From: an uncultured Acidimicrobiales bacterium | GTDB lineage: Bacteria > Actinomycetota > Acidimicrobiia > Acidimicrobiales > RAAP-2 | Length of the DNA stretch: 64,000 nt | NCBI GenBank assembly: GCA_963703145.1 | Contig: OY969793.1 | Location: forward strand, 1,883,151 to 1,947,150 | Reading direction: 5' to 3' | Made by a program: the position numbers and the translations under genes | In this document: one piece after another, positions 19,620 through 29,296 of the stretch | How the letters are laid out: each line of letters starts with the position of its first letter | Position numbering within the stretch: the stretch's first letter is position 1 | Notes under the pieces: model-generated | What the model was told of the DNA's origin: nothing | What the model saw: the letters and a program-made list of their open reading frames with translations, nothing else | Databases searched by the model: none

Positions 19620-20362
19620 ATGTTCTCGATCGACCGCTTCGAGGGCCATGAGTCGGAGGAACCGACCGCTACTAGCCTGCACGGCGTGAGCGATATTGAT
19701 CAGGGCGCGATTTACCGCGGCATCCGCGTCCGGATCGCGGCTCTCGTGTGTGAACTTCCCGAGCAGACGCTTGCCTTGCGCCAGCCACTCCCGAGTGGCG
19801 GGTCCGCGACGTTGTTGCCCACCTCGCGGGCAGCACGGCTGACATCGTGGTCGGCAACCTCGTGGATGTTGGCAGCAATGACTGGACCAACGCTCACATC
19901 GAAGCCCGGAGGAACACTTCGATCGGCGACGTGCTCGACGAGTGGGTACGTTGTAGTGCGATCGTTGAACCTATGATCGTGAAGTTCGACCCGCTGACGC
20001 AAGCGATGCTGTTGACCGACGCGGTCACCCACGAACACGATCTCCGCGGTGCGCTCGGCGTTCCGGGCGAGCGCGAATCCGACGCAATCGCGTACGCGTT
20101 CCGCGGGGTAACCCGCGGTATCGACAGGCAACGGGGCGATACGGGCGCATTGCGGATCTTGCACGAAGCTGGTGAGACGGTCGTCGGTGCCGGCGGGCCC
20201 ACCGCCACTGTACAGACATCACGTTTCGAGGTCGTGCGCGCAAGTGTCGGTCGCCGCTCCTATGACCAGATCGCGGCGTGGGACTGGGAGGGCGACTCTC
20301 AACAGGAGACAATGGTGCTCGCACGTTTCGTGCCGCCGCGAACCACTCCGCTCAACGAGTAG
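19620..20362 (+). pseudogene. Mycothiol-dependent maleylpyruvate isomerase/DinB-like protein, frameshifted
   Basis: The N-terminal part reads in the 19620 frame (AIYRGIRVRIAALVCELPEQT). The continuation PATPEWRVRDVVAHLAGSTADIVVGNLVDVGSNDWTNAH... is in the 19847 frame, which has an upstream TGA and no start. This implies an indel near 19775-19790. Confidence 0.5.
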
Positions 20363-20493
20363 ATCCAGCCGACGGACTGTCCCCAAATGCGCACCCCAGA
20401 TTGACCCACCGAGGGTATCTCTCATCGCTGGGTGTGTAGGTGTCCCGACACATCACGGGTACAGATCGAAGGACGAGTAACTACTGTATTGCC

Positions 20494-20883
20494 ATGGGAT
20501 CTCTGGTCATCTTTTCAGTCGACGTCCGCCGCCTGGCCGATTTCTACGAGGCCGTCCTCGGGGTAACGCCGACGAATGAAGATTCTGGTGATATCCGTCT
20601 TCGCAACGACCGGGAGGAGGTTCTGGTCCACTCGGTTCCGGCGAGAGTCGCCAAGACCATCTCCGTCCAGTCACCACCAGAAGCCCGAGACAACTCCCCG
20701 ATTAAACCGGTGTTTGACGTCGACTCGCTCCAAGCTGCACTAGAAGCTGTCGAACGCAACGGTGGAGTCGACACAGGGCGGGCGTTCAGCATGGATGGCC
20801 TCACTCGGCACGACGTGCTCGATCCTGACGGCAACGTCATCCAGCTCCGGAACCCAAGTTCCAAACTCGCGGCCCGGAGATAG
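20494..20883 (+). CDS. VOC (glyoxalase/bleomycin-resistance fold) family protein
   Basis: MGSLVIFSVDVRRLADFYEAVLGV ... HDVLDPDGNVIQLRN is a typical VOC N-terminal beta-alpha-beta unit and C-terminal DPDGN motif. Confidence 0.7.
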   Translation: MGSLVIFSVDVRRLADFYEAVLGVTPTNEDSGDIRLRNDREEVLVHSVPARVAKTISVQSPPEARDNSPIKPVFDVDSLQAALEAVERNGGVDTGRAFSMDGLTRHDVLDPDGNVIQLRNPSSKLAARR

Positions 20884-20892
20884 CCTTCACGG

Positions 20893-21315
20893 ATGGACCG
20901 AAAGGGCCCATCAACGGGCGATGCAATGACAGTGCCAAGTGGAACGGAGCGTGCGAGGGCCTTCTTGCCGAGCAGGGACTTCGGGGTCAGCAAGGCGTTC
21001 TACGTCTCGCTGGGATTCACAATGGTCTTGGAGAGCCATGATGTTGCCATCTTCGCAACTGGCGAGAGCGAGTTCCTCCTTACTCCCTTCTACCAAAAGG
21101 ACTATGCCGAGAACTTCATGATGCAGATACTCGTGGACGACCTCGATGCATGGTGGGCTCGTATTTCGCTACTCGACCTTCCCAAGCACTTCGGCGTGTC
21201 GGCTCCGAGAGAGCCAGCCGTACAACCGTGGGGACTGCGGATCGCCTACATCGTCGATCCCAGCGGTGTGCTCTGGCACTTTGCAGAGAGGCCTAGCGAC
21301 GGACGGGTGGTCTAG
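20893..21315 (+). CDS. VOC/bleomycin-resistance-like protein
   Basis: LPSRDFGVSKAFYVSLGF ... GLRIAYIVDPSGVLWHFAE. An alternative start is at ATG 20926. Confidence 0.7.
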   Translation: MDRKGPSTGDAMTVPSGTERARAFLPSRDFGVSKAFYVSLGFTMVLESHDVAIFATGESEFLLTPFYQKDYAENFMMQILVDDLDAWWARISLLDLPKHFGVSAPREPAVQPWGLRIAYIVDPSGVLWHFAERPSDGRVV

Positions 21316-21650
21316 TCGTCGACTTGAAGCTGCTGCCGGCCACGGCTGTCACCAGACGCCGGGGCCGGGGACGCAATGTCGAGTGAGCTTGTAGGTCGAC
21401 TCATCCGAGGAGCCGGGTAACCCTGAGTGCTGACGACACGATCGGCCACGAACCCCAAGTGATCGCAGAAGGGCATGGCGTGGGGGTTTGCCGTGACTTC
21501 CAGTCTCCCGAAACCAAGTCGATGGGTTGACGAACACAAGGTGAGACAACCCGTCGAATGGTGAGACCTCATCACTCGTCGGGGCAATGCGATCCTTGAG
21601 GCCGGCCCACACCATACCGACCCGGACATCGAATGTCACCGGCTCGCTGA
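21312..21650 (-). pseudogene. Possible VOC-family remnant split over two frames
   Basis: One frame gives FDGLSHLVFV and a second gives FCDHLGFVADR, both resembling the two half-domain metal motifs of VOC proteins. No single intact frame exists. Confidence 0.2.
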
Positions 21651-21659
21651 GGTGATGCC

Positions 21660-21848
21660 TTAGCTGTGCCCTTGGGCCATGCGCTTGGTTCGGTTCGGGA
21701 GAGTTCGATCGACGCGTGGGTTGAGATCGATCGGATGGCTCCAACCACAGGTCGGACACCGATGGATCATCTCCCCTGTGCTGCCGCTGACATCTGTCCT
21801 CGGCACCTGAAAGGCATCGTCAGCACCGCACATCCGGCAACACGCCAT
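21660..21848 (-). CDS. Small zinc-ribbon protein
   Basis: MACCRMCGADD...HRCPTCGW gives two CxxC pairs. ATG 21848 is preceded by a GAAGGGAGA RBS. Confidence 0.45.
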   Translation of the reverse strand: MACCRMCGADDAFQVPRTDVSGSTGEMIHRCPTCGWSHPIDLNPRVDRTLPNRTKRMAQGHS

Positions 21849-21957
21849 CGGTCTCCCTTCGACGACCCCTCGGGGATGCCTCATACCCACTTCCAGGACC
21901 GCTAACCAATTCCCCTGTCAGGTCGTCCTTGTCCGGACGTTCGTGTCAATCTGAGGT

Positions 21958-22557
21958 GTGCCACCGTCGTTGATCATTGACCTGGACGGTGTCATTCGGC
22001 ACTGGGACCAGTCGGTGGCCGCGAACGCTGAACGTCGGCACGGCCTTCCGCCGGGTTCCATTGAACACGAGGCGTTCACGGATACGGCCCTCACCGAGGC
22101 CATCACCGGCCAGATCACTGATGCTGAGTGGCGACGTCGGATCGCCCACTCCCTGAGCGTCGACCACGGGCCGTCAGCGCGGGAGGCCGTAGCCGAGTGG
22201 TCGACAGCCTATGGACGGGTCGACACCGCCGTATTGGATCTCGTTCAGCTGGAGCGCACCAGGATGAGGGTCGCCCTGTTCTCGAATGCGACGAACCGGC
22301 TGGCCGAAGACCTGGCCCGATTGGGGCTCGACTCGAAGTTCGATGCTGTGTTCAACAGCTCGGTGCTCGGTGCAGCCAAGCCCTCAGCTGATGCGTTCCA
22401 TGGGGTACTCGACACACTCCGGTGTCAACCCCACGACTGCCTCTTCGTCGATGACACGCCTGGCCACGTTTCGGCGGCAGCAGCGCTGGGGTTGCGCGCT
22501 CATCACTCCGTGTCGCTGAACGGTCTTCGCGAGTTCTTGGACTCCACAGCGACCTGA
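21958..22557 (+). CDS. HAD-superfamily hydrolase (subfamily IA)
   Basis: Motif I IIDLDGVI, motif II ALFSNAT, lysine motif GAAKP, and motif IV FVDDTPGHV. Confidence 0.75.
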   Translation: MPPSLIIDLDGVIRHWDQSVAANAERRHGLPPGSIEHEAFTDTALTEAITGQITDAEWRRRIAHSLSVDHGPSAREAVAEWSTAYGRVDTAVLDLVQLERTRMRVALFSNATNRLAEDLARLGLDSKFDAVFNSSVLGAAKPSADAFHGVLDTLRCQPHDCLFVDDTPGHVSAAAALGLRAHHSVSLNGLREFLDSTAT

Positions 22558-22708
22558 CGTCTGGCCACGACGTGGATAACGCCAACTCATGCAGCTCGAT
22601 GAGGTACCGCAGAGACTGCCCACCTGGCCAGACCAACGACAGGGCCGACCTGGCGGAGGGAGCACATGGCTCTGGCCACGGCCGAGTCTCAGCCCGAGTC
22701 TGATCCGG

Positions 22709-23023
22709 TCAGGTGTTGCCGGGCGAAGAACGGGCGACCTGTAGCGGCCGAAGATTCCGACGGGTCTGGGCGCGATGCAACAGGACGATCGCCACGAGCG
22801 CGGCGGCGGCCAAGCTGACCAATCCCAGCGCCTCCAAACGGCGATGCTGAGCCTGATACCAACAAGCCGTGAATGCCGTGGCGGCAAGATCGGGCGGTGA
22901 ACCGGCGTCGTATCGTCCCATGAACGGAGAGCCGCAACCGATCCTCTGACCGCCCGTCGTCACCCACCAGGGCCCGACACTGAGCCAGAGGGCGCCAAGC
23001 ACAACCGCGCCGGTGGCCGTCAT
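22709..23023 (-). CDS. Hypothetical two-TM membrane protein
   Basis: Starts at MTATGAVVLGALWLSVGPWW, with a second TM at LGLVSLAAAALVAIVLL. The upstream ORF extension lacks coding character. Confidence 0.35.
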   Translation of the reverse strand: MTATGAVVLGALWLSVGPWWVTTGGQRIGCGSPFMGRYDAGSPPDLAATAFTACWYQAQHRRLEALGLVSLAAAALVAIVLLHRAQTRRNLRPLQVARSSPGNT

Positions 23024-23283
23024 TGCCACACGCTCGACTGTCCGGCGATGCGACTTCACACTGGCGTCCACAGGCGGATGGTATCGGCCCGCCCGCGGAC
23101 CCAGTAGCCGGAACCCGCAGACATGACCGGCGGAGACAGCCACGTCCTCAGAGAACGGAGGCCTGGGCGATGGCTCAAGGTTGGGCCATCTTGGGCCGAT
23201 CCCTACAACAGATGCCCCGCAAGCCGGCTTGTCCGTGGCCCTGGCCTTGGCGCCGGCCCGGGGCACCACCAACCATCGACGCT

Positions 23284-23439
23284 CTACAGCTGGGCGATCG
23301 CAGCTGCCCGCTTCAACTCGAACTCCTCATCAGTCAGGAGGCCGGCGGCGTGCAGTTCGGTGATGTTGTGAAGGTGGACGACTGGATCAGGCCCCCGCTC
23401 GACCGGCACCGACGCCTTCCCCCGTCTCGAGTCCTTCAT
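23284..23439 (-). CDS. SHOCT-domain small protein (51 aa, absent from ORF track)
   Basis: Manual translation: MKDSRRGKASVPVERGPDPVVHLHNITELHAAGLLTDEEFELKRAAAIAQL. The GLLTDEEFExKR..I tail is the SHOCT signature. An AAGGAG RBS lies 8 nt upstream. Confidence 0.5.
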   Translation of the reverse strand: MKDSRRGKASVPVERGPDPVVHLHNITELHAAGLLTDEEFELKRAAAIAQL

Positions 23440-23824
23440 GCCATCACGCTCCTTAGGCTTGACCGCGCTGTGACATTAGCGCCATCCTCCGGCGTCCGCT
23501 CGGGCGTCTCCGGAACGTCGGAACGACAGGATGCAGCCGACCAGGACCGCTCACCTCGACGACGGGACCGCGGCGCGGTGCTCACGGATCGATCGTCGGG
23601 ACGGCGCCAGAGGTGGACTCGTGGCACCTCACCGGACACTTCGGCCAGGACACGGCCCTAACGGGAAGGTGGATGACCAGGGAGGTGAGACACTGCACGA
23701 GACCCTCGTACTCAGGCCACTCTCAGCTGGGGCAGCTACCGTCGAGTCGCCCGGGTCGGGCAGGCCGAGTTCCGCCGCTTGTGCCGCCCACCCGGGCACC
23801 TTCGAGCCGGACACCCAGAGGGGT

Positions 23825-23852
23825 CTGGTGCCGGTGCCTCCACCGGCACCAG
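23825..23852. other. Perfect 12-bp stem / 4-nt loop hairpin
   Basis: CTGGTGCCGGTG-CCTC-CACCGGCACCAG, within a gap of about 490 bp (23440-23930) that has no convincing ORF. Confidence 0.4.
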
Positions 23853-23930
23853 CTGTCGATTGGTAGAAACGGCATTCGAGGTACTTCATGAAGACGTCTG
23901 CGGACTGGTCGAACCCCTACGCTCTCACCT

Positions 23931-24341
23931 ATGGACATCCGAACGGCCCGTGCCGGTGATGCTGCGGCGGTCTTGGCCCTGTGGGAGGAGGCCGACACCG
24001 AACCGTCCCACACGGACGACGTTCCGAGCCTCGAGCGCCTGGTGGCCCATGACCCTGGCGCCCTCATCGTCATGGAGGATGAGGGTCGGATCATCGGAAC
24101 AGTGGTGGCGGCCTGGGACGGCTGGCGGGGAAGCATCTATCGGCTGGCCGTGGCACCCGGCTATCGCCGCCAGGGAGTCGGTGCTGACCTCCTGACCGCT
24201 GCCGAGGCGCGGCTGGCCCACAATGCCCCGGCGCGACTCCAAGCGATCGTGGTCGAGTCGGATCCGCAGGCTCTCAGCTTCTGGTGTGCCGCACCAGGTT
24301 GGGAACGGCAAGTCGACCGGGTGCGGTTCACCAAGGGATAG
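23931..24341 (+). CDS. GNAT family N-acetyltransferase
   Basis: 136 aa. RLAVAPGYRRQGVGADLL is the acetyl-CoA binding Q/RxxGxG/A motif. Confidence 0.8.
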   Translation: MDIRTARAGDAAAVLALWEEADTEPSHTDDVPSLERLVAHDPGALIVMEDEGRIIGTVVAAWDGWRGSIYRLAVAPGYRRQGVGADLLTAAEARLAHNAPARLQAIVVESDPQALSFWCAAPGWERQVDRVRFTKG

Positions 24342-24365
24342 GCGCCCCGACGTCGCAGCGGACAC

Positions 24366-25073
24366 CTACAAACTGTTCAACCCGGGGTCATCCTCCAGCG
24401 CGATGGCCTCGATGAGTTCGGGCCCCTGATTGCGCACGTTCCCGACGTCTTTGCTGACCGGATGGTTCACCAGCGTGCCCGCCGTGGTCGGCACGAGGAG
24501 TGGTCCCACTACCGCAGGGTCGACCACCTCTGGATCGAGCCATTGGTCCCATGTGGCCGGTTCGAGAACGACCGGTTGTCGGTTATGGATCGGCATGTCC
24601 AGCCCAGCCTCAGTAGTGATGATCGTGGCCGTCCGAAGCTCGTGTCCTTCAGCGTCCTTCCACCACTCCCTCAAGCCCGCGAACACAATGGGCTCACCAT
24701 CTGCCCTGGTGAAGGCGTAGGGCTGCTTGAGCTTGGGACCAAGGGTCTTCCACTCGTAGAACGCATCCACCGGGATCAGGATGCGTTGATTCTTGAACGC
24801 CTTGCGGAACATCGGCTTCGTCGCCACGGTCTCCGCCCGGGCGTTGAACGTGCTCTTGATGGCGGACGGGTCCTTGGCCCAACTCGGAACGAGTCCCCAT
24901 TTGTACACGTCCAGTGACCGTTCTCCGTGGCGCTCAGAGACGCCGAGGATCAGGGATTGCGGCCCGATGTTCCACTTCGGCCGCCAGAGCTCCAACGTGT
25001 CCTGGCTGACCCCGGCGTGGACCAGCCGGGCGATGTGGTCAGGGTCTTCGTAGAGGGCGATTCGTCCACACAT
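24366..25073 (-). CDS. SOS-response-associated peptidase (SRAP/YedK family)
   Basis: Starts MCGRIALY with catalytic Cys2. Contains WNIGPQ and PVDAFYEWK motifs. The upstream 70 codons of the ORF are rejected. Confidence 0.8.
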   Translation of the reverse strand: MCGRIALYEDPDHIARLVHAGVSQDTLELWRPKWNIGPQSLILGVSERHGERSLDVYKWGLVPSWAKDPSAIKSTFNARAETVATKPMFRKAFKNQRILIPVDAFYEWKTLGPKLKQPYAFTRADGEPIVFAGLREWWKDAEGHELRTATIITTEAGLDMPIHNRQPVVLEPATWDQWLDPEVVDPAVVGPLLVPTTAGTLVNHPVSKDVGNVRNQGPELIEAIALEDDPGLNSL

Positions 25074-25395
25074 AGGGTGCGAGCCTACGGCCAGTGGATG
25101 CCGTAGGACGCAACGGCTCCACCGGCCGGGCAAGACACGCGGCGGTACTCGTCCAACGGACAGGACCGATGTTCGAGATGGCCAGACCGACGATGAGGCT
25201 GTCCAGGGTGACCTGGGATCGCCGTCGTCAGAGCGGCACCGACAGATTGCGTGCGGTTCCTCGCCCCGTGGGACGATGCCCATGCTTCCCAGACGCAGAG
25301 CACGACCGGAGCCGGGATGTGACGATCTTCTGCCCGACCCATCTGCCGATCGTGACCGCGCCGACGGACTCCTTTCGCCACCGGTATCGATGTGC

Positions 25396-26115
25396 CTAGC
25401 TGATCTCGGAATTGAGTACCCGGGCGAGCTCGACCGGATGGCTGATCATGGCCATGTGCCCGGCGACCAGGTCGACGACCGTGGCCCCACCCATGTGCTC
25501 GATCATCCGGTCCTGAGCCTCAAGACTGATACTGGCGTCGAGGGTCAGCCGTACGTAGGTGCGGGGAATGGGGTGACGCAGCCCGGTGAGGTCACTGGTC
25601 TCACCGATGACTCCTAGTGCCTCGGGGACCATCCGCTCCAGGGTGAAGGACCTCTGTGACTCGTCCATGTCGTTGCAGAACATGGCAGTTGCGAGGTCCG
25701 GGTGGAGCGCCCCTCGGGCGTCGACCACTTCGACATCGTCGCCCAGTTGGCCGGCGAGTTCGCTGACCGTAGGGCTGAGGTCGACCAGGTCCTCCGCTAG
25801 CGACGTTCCCTCTGCCGGGACCGAACAGCTCACAAATACCAGTCGGCTCAAGCGATGGGGCACGCGCTCTGCGACGCCGGGAAGCGTGAGGCCGGCCATC
25901 GAGTGACCCACCAGGATCACGTCGCGAAGATCATGGTCGACGATGGTCGTCGCCACGGTCGTCACGAAGTCCTTCACGGTGATCCGCGACAGATCCCCAG
26001 GGGAGTCACCACGCCCCGGGAGATCCACGGCGTAGACCGGTCCGTCGAGCAGCGGTACGAGCGGATCCCAACAGGAGCCGGCAAAGCCACCGCCGTGGAC
26101 CAGAACAAACGTCAT
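25396..26115 (-). CDS. Alpha/beta-hydrolase
   Basis: FVLVHGGGFAGSCW and the nucleophile elbow LVGHSMAG. Confidence 0.75.
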   Translation of the reverse strand: MTFVLVHGGGFAGSCWDPLVPLLDGPVYAVDLPGRGDSPGDLSRITVKDFVTTVATTIVDHDLRDVILVGHSMAGLTLPGVAERVPHRLSRLVFVSCSVPAEGTSLAEDLVDLSPTVSELAGQLGDDVEVVDARGALHPDLATAMFCNDMDESQRSFTLERMVPEALGVIGETSDLTGLRHPIPRTYVRLTLDASISLEAQDRMIEHMGGATVVDLVAGHMAMISHPVELARVLNSEIS

Positions 26116-26159
26116 GACGACATCATGTCAGGGGTCCGCCGCTGTCGGTTCGGTCGACG

Positions 26160-26549
26160 TCAACGGTCGTAGGGAAGCTCGTCCGGTGTGCAATTCCGGT
26201 AGTCGGGTTCGGGATGAACCTCGAACCGCACCGCCGCGATCGTGGTGCGGCCGGCACGCAGCGCACGGGCGACTCGGTGCATCCCGTCCATCAACTGACC
26301 GTTGGATCCGAGGATGATCGGATAGGACGGATCGGCCTCGTCGATCAACTGGAGATGTTCGATGATGCGGCGCACGGTGGGCGGTGGTCCGAGCTTGAAC
26401 CAGTGATCGGTGTCCACTTCCGCGATGGAGTCCAGCGACACCTCGATGACCGGCAGACCTGAGGAGAGCTCGATCAGGCGGTCGACATCCCAGGCGTCGT
26501 ATCCGACGGCGCCAGGCCAGAAGTGGTACTGCTTCCGCACGTCCCACAC
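26160..26549 (-). CDS. ParB/Srx-fold (ParB-like nuclease domain) protein
   Basis: PVIEVSLDSIAEVD ... PIILGSNGQLMDGMHRVARAL contains the DGxHR box of ParB-like nuclease domains. Confidence 0.5.
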   Translation of the reverse strand: MWDVRKQYHFWPGAVGYDAWDVDRLIELSSGLPVIEVSLDSIAEVDTDHWFKLGPPPTVRRIIEHLQLIDEADPSYPIILGSNGQLMDGMHRVARALRAGRTTIAAVRFEVHPEPDYRNCTPDELPYDR

Positions 26550-26592
26550 TATTGCCTAGTCTCGGTGGCGACCCACTGAACGAGTCGATCCG

Positions 26593-27255
26593 TTGATCGC
26601 CGGGCCCAGCTGCAACGATGAGCAAGTGGACGAGTACTGGAACCACAACGCCGCGTATCACCCTCGGATCGTCGATGTGGCCCGTCGACGAGGAGGCTCG
26701 GCACTCGACGTCGGATGCGGTGAGGGTCTGCTGGTCCAGCGGCTGGCGCCGGTGTGCCACTCCGTGACCGGCATCGATCCAGACGAGAGGGCACTCACGC
26801 TGGCCCGCGTGCGAACGGCCGGGAGGCCCAACGTGTCCCTCAGGGCCATCGACTTCCTGTCGATGGATCACGCCGAGAAGGACTTCGACCTGATCACCTT
26901 CGTCGCCACCCTCCACCAATTGGAGACGGCCGCGGCGCTGACGCAGGCCCGAGACCTCCTTCGGCCGGGCGGTGCACTGATCGTGGTCGGTCTGTCGGTG
27001 AACAGAACGGCAAGGGACTGGTTCATTTCGGCCAGCCTGCTTCCGGTGATCCGGTCGATCGACCTGGTCCGCCGTCATGGGGGGAATCCGGGTGTGGTCA
27101 TCATCGATCCCACCGAGCACCTCTCCGAGATCCGATCGACTGCCGATGCGGTGATCCCGGGTGCGACGATCCGCCGTGGGCTCTACTACCGCTACGTGCT
27201 GCAGTGGTCCAAGCCATCGACAGATCGGACCGGAGCCCGCAGCGAGTGGCTGTGA
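26593..27255 (+). CDS. Class I SAM-dependent methyltransferase
   Basis: Motif I ALDVGCGEGLLVQRLA, post-I VTGIDPD, and LRPGGALIVVGL. The TTG start is uncertain. Confidence 0.75.
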   Translation: MIAGPSCNDEQVDEYWNHNAAYHPRIVDVARRRGGSALDVGCGEGLLVQRLAPVCHSVTGIDPDERALTLARVRTAGRPNVSLRAIDFLSMDHAEKDFDLITFVATLHQLETAAALTQARDLLRPGGALIVVGLSVNRTARDWFISASLLPVIRSIDLVRRHGGNPGVVIIDPTEHLSEIRSTADAVIPGATIRRGLYYRYVLQWSKPSTDRTGARSEWL

Positions 27256-27298
27256 TCTACTGGTCAACTCGGCGAACATTCCAGGGTGAGGTGCGGAC

Positions 27299-27661
27299 AT
27301 GGACATCAGACAGGTGGGAACGGCGAGGAACCCGGTGGCGGTCATCCTCCTGTCGGTCATCACCCTGGGCATCTACAGCCTGTACTGGCAGTATTCGACG
27401 TTCAAGGAGCTGAAGTCCTACGCCGGAGAGGGCATCGGCGGGGGCCTCGGTCTCCTGTTCGCCTTCTTGTTGGGCATCGTCAATGTGTTCCTGCTGCCAC
27501 ACGAAATCGGTCGGCTCTATGCCAATGACGGCCAAGCGGAACCGGTGACCGCCCTCACCGGTTTCTGGGTAGTGCTGCCGTTCATCGGCTGGATCGTCTG
27601 GGTCATCAAATGCCAGGGTCGACTGAGCGAGTTCTGGGAGTCCCATGGCGCCACTGCCTGA
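27299..27661 (+). CDS. DUF4234 membrane protein
   Basis: RNPVAVILLSVITLGIYSLYWQYSTFKELKSY is the DUF4234 signature. Confidence 0.65.
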   Translation: MDIRQVGTARNPVAVILLSVITLGIYSLYWQYSTFKELKSYAGEGIGGGLGLLFAFLLGIVNVFLLPHEIGRLYANDGQAEPVTALTGFWVVLPFIGWIVWVIKCQGRLSEFWESHGATA

Positions 27662-27723
27662 ACCATCCGTTGGCCACGGTGACGGTCGCTCTGGCAGTCG
27701 ACCTCGGCCGCACACGCGAAGTC

Positions 27724-28068
27724 CTAGGGGAGCTCTCGCAGCATGGCCACCAGTTCATCGCGGCCGAGACCGTAGTTGCGAGCGAGCAGGAGCAATGCCT
27801 TGGCCTGAGCCACCACAACTCCCCGCTGGGGTTGTCCGACCACGGTAATGCCTCGTCCTCGCCGGAACTCCAGGAGCCCCTCGTCTCGCAAGATGCGCAG
27901 GGCTCGCAGAACGGTGTTCGGATGGACGCCGAGTACCGCGGCCATGTCCTTGGCCGGCGGCAGGCGCTGACCAGGACCCACGTCCCCGGCGGCAATGTCG
28001 CGCCGGATCTCGGCGGCAACCCGATCGTGCAACGGGCCTAGATCCCGGCTGACCTTGACATCCCTCAT
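27724..28068 (-). CDS. GntR-family transcriptional regulator (short, wHTH only)
   Basis: LHDRVAAEIRRDIAAGDVGPGQRLPPAKDMAAVLGVHPNTVLRALRILRDEGLLEFRRGRG. Start ATG 28068; the longer ORF is rejected. Confidence 0.8.
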   Translation of the reverse strand: MRDVKVSRDLGPLHDRVAAEIRRDIAAGDVGPGQRLPPAKDMAAVLGVHPNTVLRALRILRDEGLLEFRRGRGITVVGQPQRGVVVAQAKALLLLARNYGLGRDELVAMLRELP

Positions 28069-28074
28069 AGTGAC

Positions 28075-29262
28075 ATGCAGAGTAGCACCATCATGATCGA
28101 CGGATCGACGCTCACCGAAGACCGCGCCATCCGACCGGGACCACCCGAGGCAGTCATTCGCGAGGCGCGACGACGTCAACGCCGCCGTCGCTGGCTGGTG
28201 GCCGGCCTCGTCACGATCCCCGTCGTGGCCCTGGTGGCAGCGGGTCTGGTCGCCGTGTCCCATCCCGGCCAACCACCGCGCCCGATCGCCCACCGGCCCC
28301 ACGGGAAGGACGGGCTGCCCGCCGACCCCTTGGGGGCCATCGAACCAACGGAGCCGGGGCCCGTGACGGTGGCACCGGACGGAACCCTCTATGTGGACGA
28401 TGACGCCCAGAACCGCATTCTGGCCCGACAACCGGACGGCCGTTTCCGTGTGGTTGCCGGCAATGGCACGAAGGGGTTCTCAGGAGACGGAGGGCCAGCC
28501 GTCGACGCCTCGCTCGGCGACCCACAGGGCCTGGCCGTCGACAGGAACGGCACGATCTACGTCGCCGACTTCGCCAACAACCGGATCCGGGCCGTGTCGA
28601 GTGCCGGCATCATCACCACGATCGCCGGGAACGGCCAGGATGGTCCAGCACCAAACGGAGTGCCGGCCATCTCCGCCCCGGTGGGTGAGCCGACGGCCGT
28701 GACCATCGGACCCGATGGGATGGTCTACATCGCCTCCTACTCGGCGGGCATTTTGCGAGTCGACCTGGACGGAGCGCTCACCGTGATCGGCAACGGAACC
28801 GAGCTCGATGCAGCTGACCCGTCGGTGATGCTCCACGAGCAGTGCAGCCCGGCGTCACTGACCTTCGATCGCGCCGGGAACCTGTATATCGGATGCTCGA
28901 GCCCGTGGGTCTTGCTCGAGCGAACGCCGGACGGCACCCTGCACTTCATCGGGCAGAATCGGCCACACGACGCCTGGGCCGCGTTGACCGTCCCGTCGCA
29001 CGGTGGTGGCGTACTCGCTGTCGTCGGGGCCGCCATCGTCGCCTACGGATCGGCCGGGCCGCCCATCAACGTCGACTTTCTCACCTACCGGCTGCCCGGC
29101 GGCCGCCCGTTCTGGCCCCAGGGCATCGCGTCAGACGCCGGCGGGCTCTATCTCACCCAGGACGGGGTCTCAGGGATCGGACCCGCCGCGATCCTCCGGC
29201 TCTCCGACCGAGGTGCGGTAACCGTATTGTGGCAGGCCAGAGCGTCCACTGCGCCGAGGTAG
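28075..29262 (+). CDS. Membrane-anchored NHL-repeat beta-propeller protein
   Basis: Basic stretch plus TM (RRRQRRRRWLVAGLVTIPVVALVAAGLVAV), then NHL-like repeats (LYVDDDAQNRILAR, IYVADFANNRIRAV, VYIASYSAGILRV). Confidence 0.7.
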   Translation: MQSSTIMIDGSTLTEDRAIRPGPPEAVIREARRRQRRRRWLVAGLVTIPVVALVAAGLVAVSHPGQPPRPIAHRPHGKDGLPADPLGAIEPTEPGPVTVAPDGTLYVDDDAQNRILARQPDGRFRVVAGNGTKGFSGDGGPAVDASLGDPQGLAVDRNGTIYVADFANNRIRAVSSAGIITTIAGNGQDGPAPNGVPAISAPVGEPTAVTIGPDGMVYIASYSAGILRVDLDGALTVIGNGTELDAADPSVMLHEQCSPASLTFDRAGNLYIGCSSPWVLLERTPDGTLHFIGQNRPHDAWAALTVPSHGGGVLAVVGAAIVAYGSAGPPINVDFLTYRLPGGRPFWPQGIASDAGGLYLTQDGVSGIGPAAILRLSDRGAVTVLWQARASTAPR

Positions 29263-29296
29263 CCGGGCGACCGCCGCCGCCCGCGTGGCGAGTGCC

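Noticed and set aside
25074-25395. ORFs 25085-25381(-) and 25094-25399(+) in the gap between the SRAP and hydrolase genes
   Set aside because: They mutually overlap, have no motifs and no RBS, and their composition is not coding-like.
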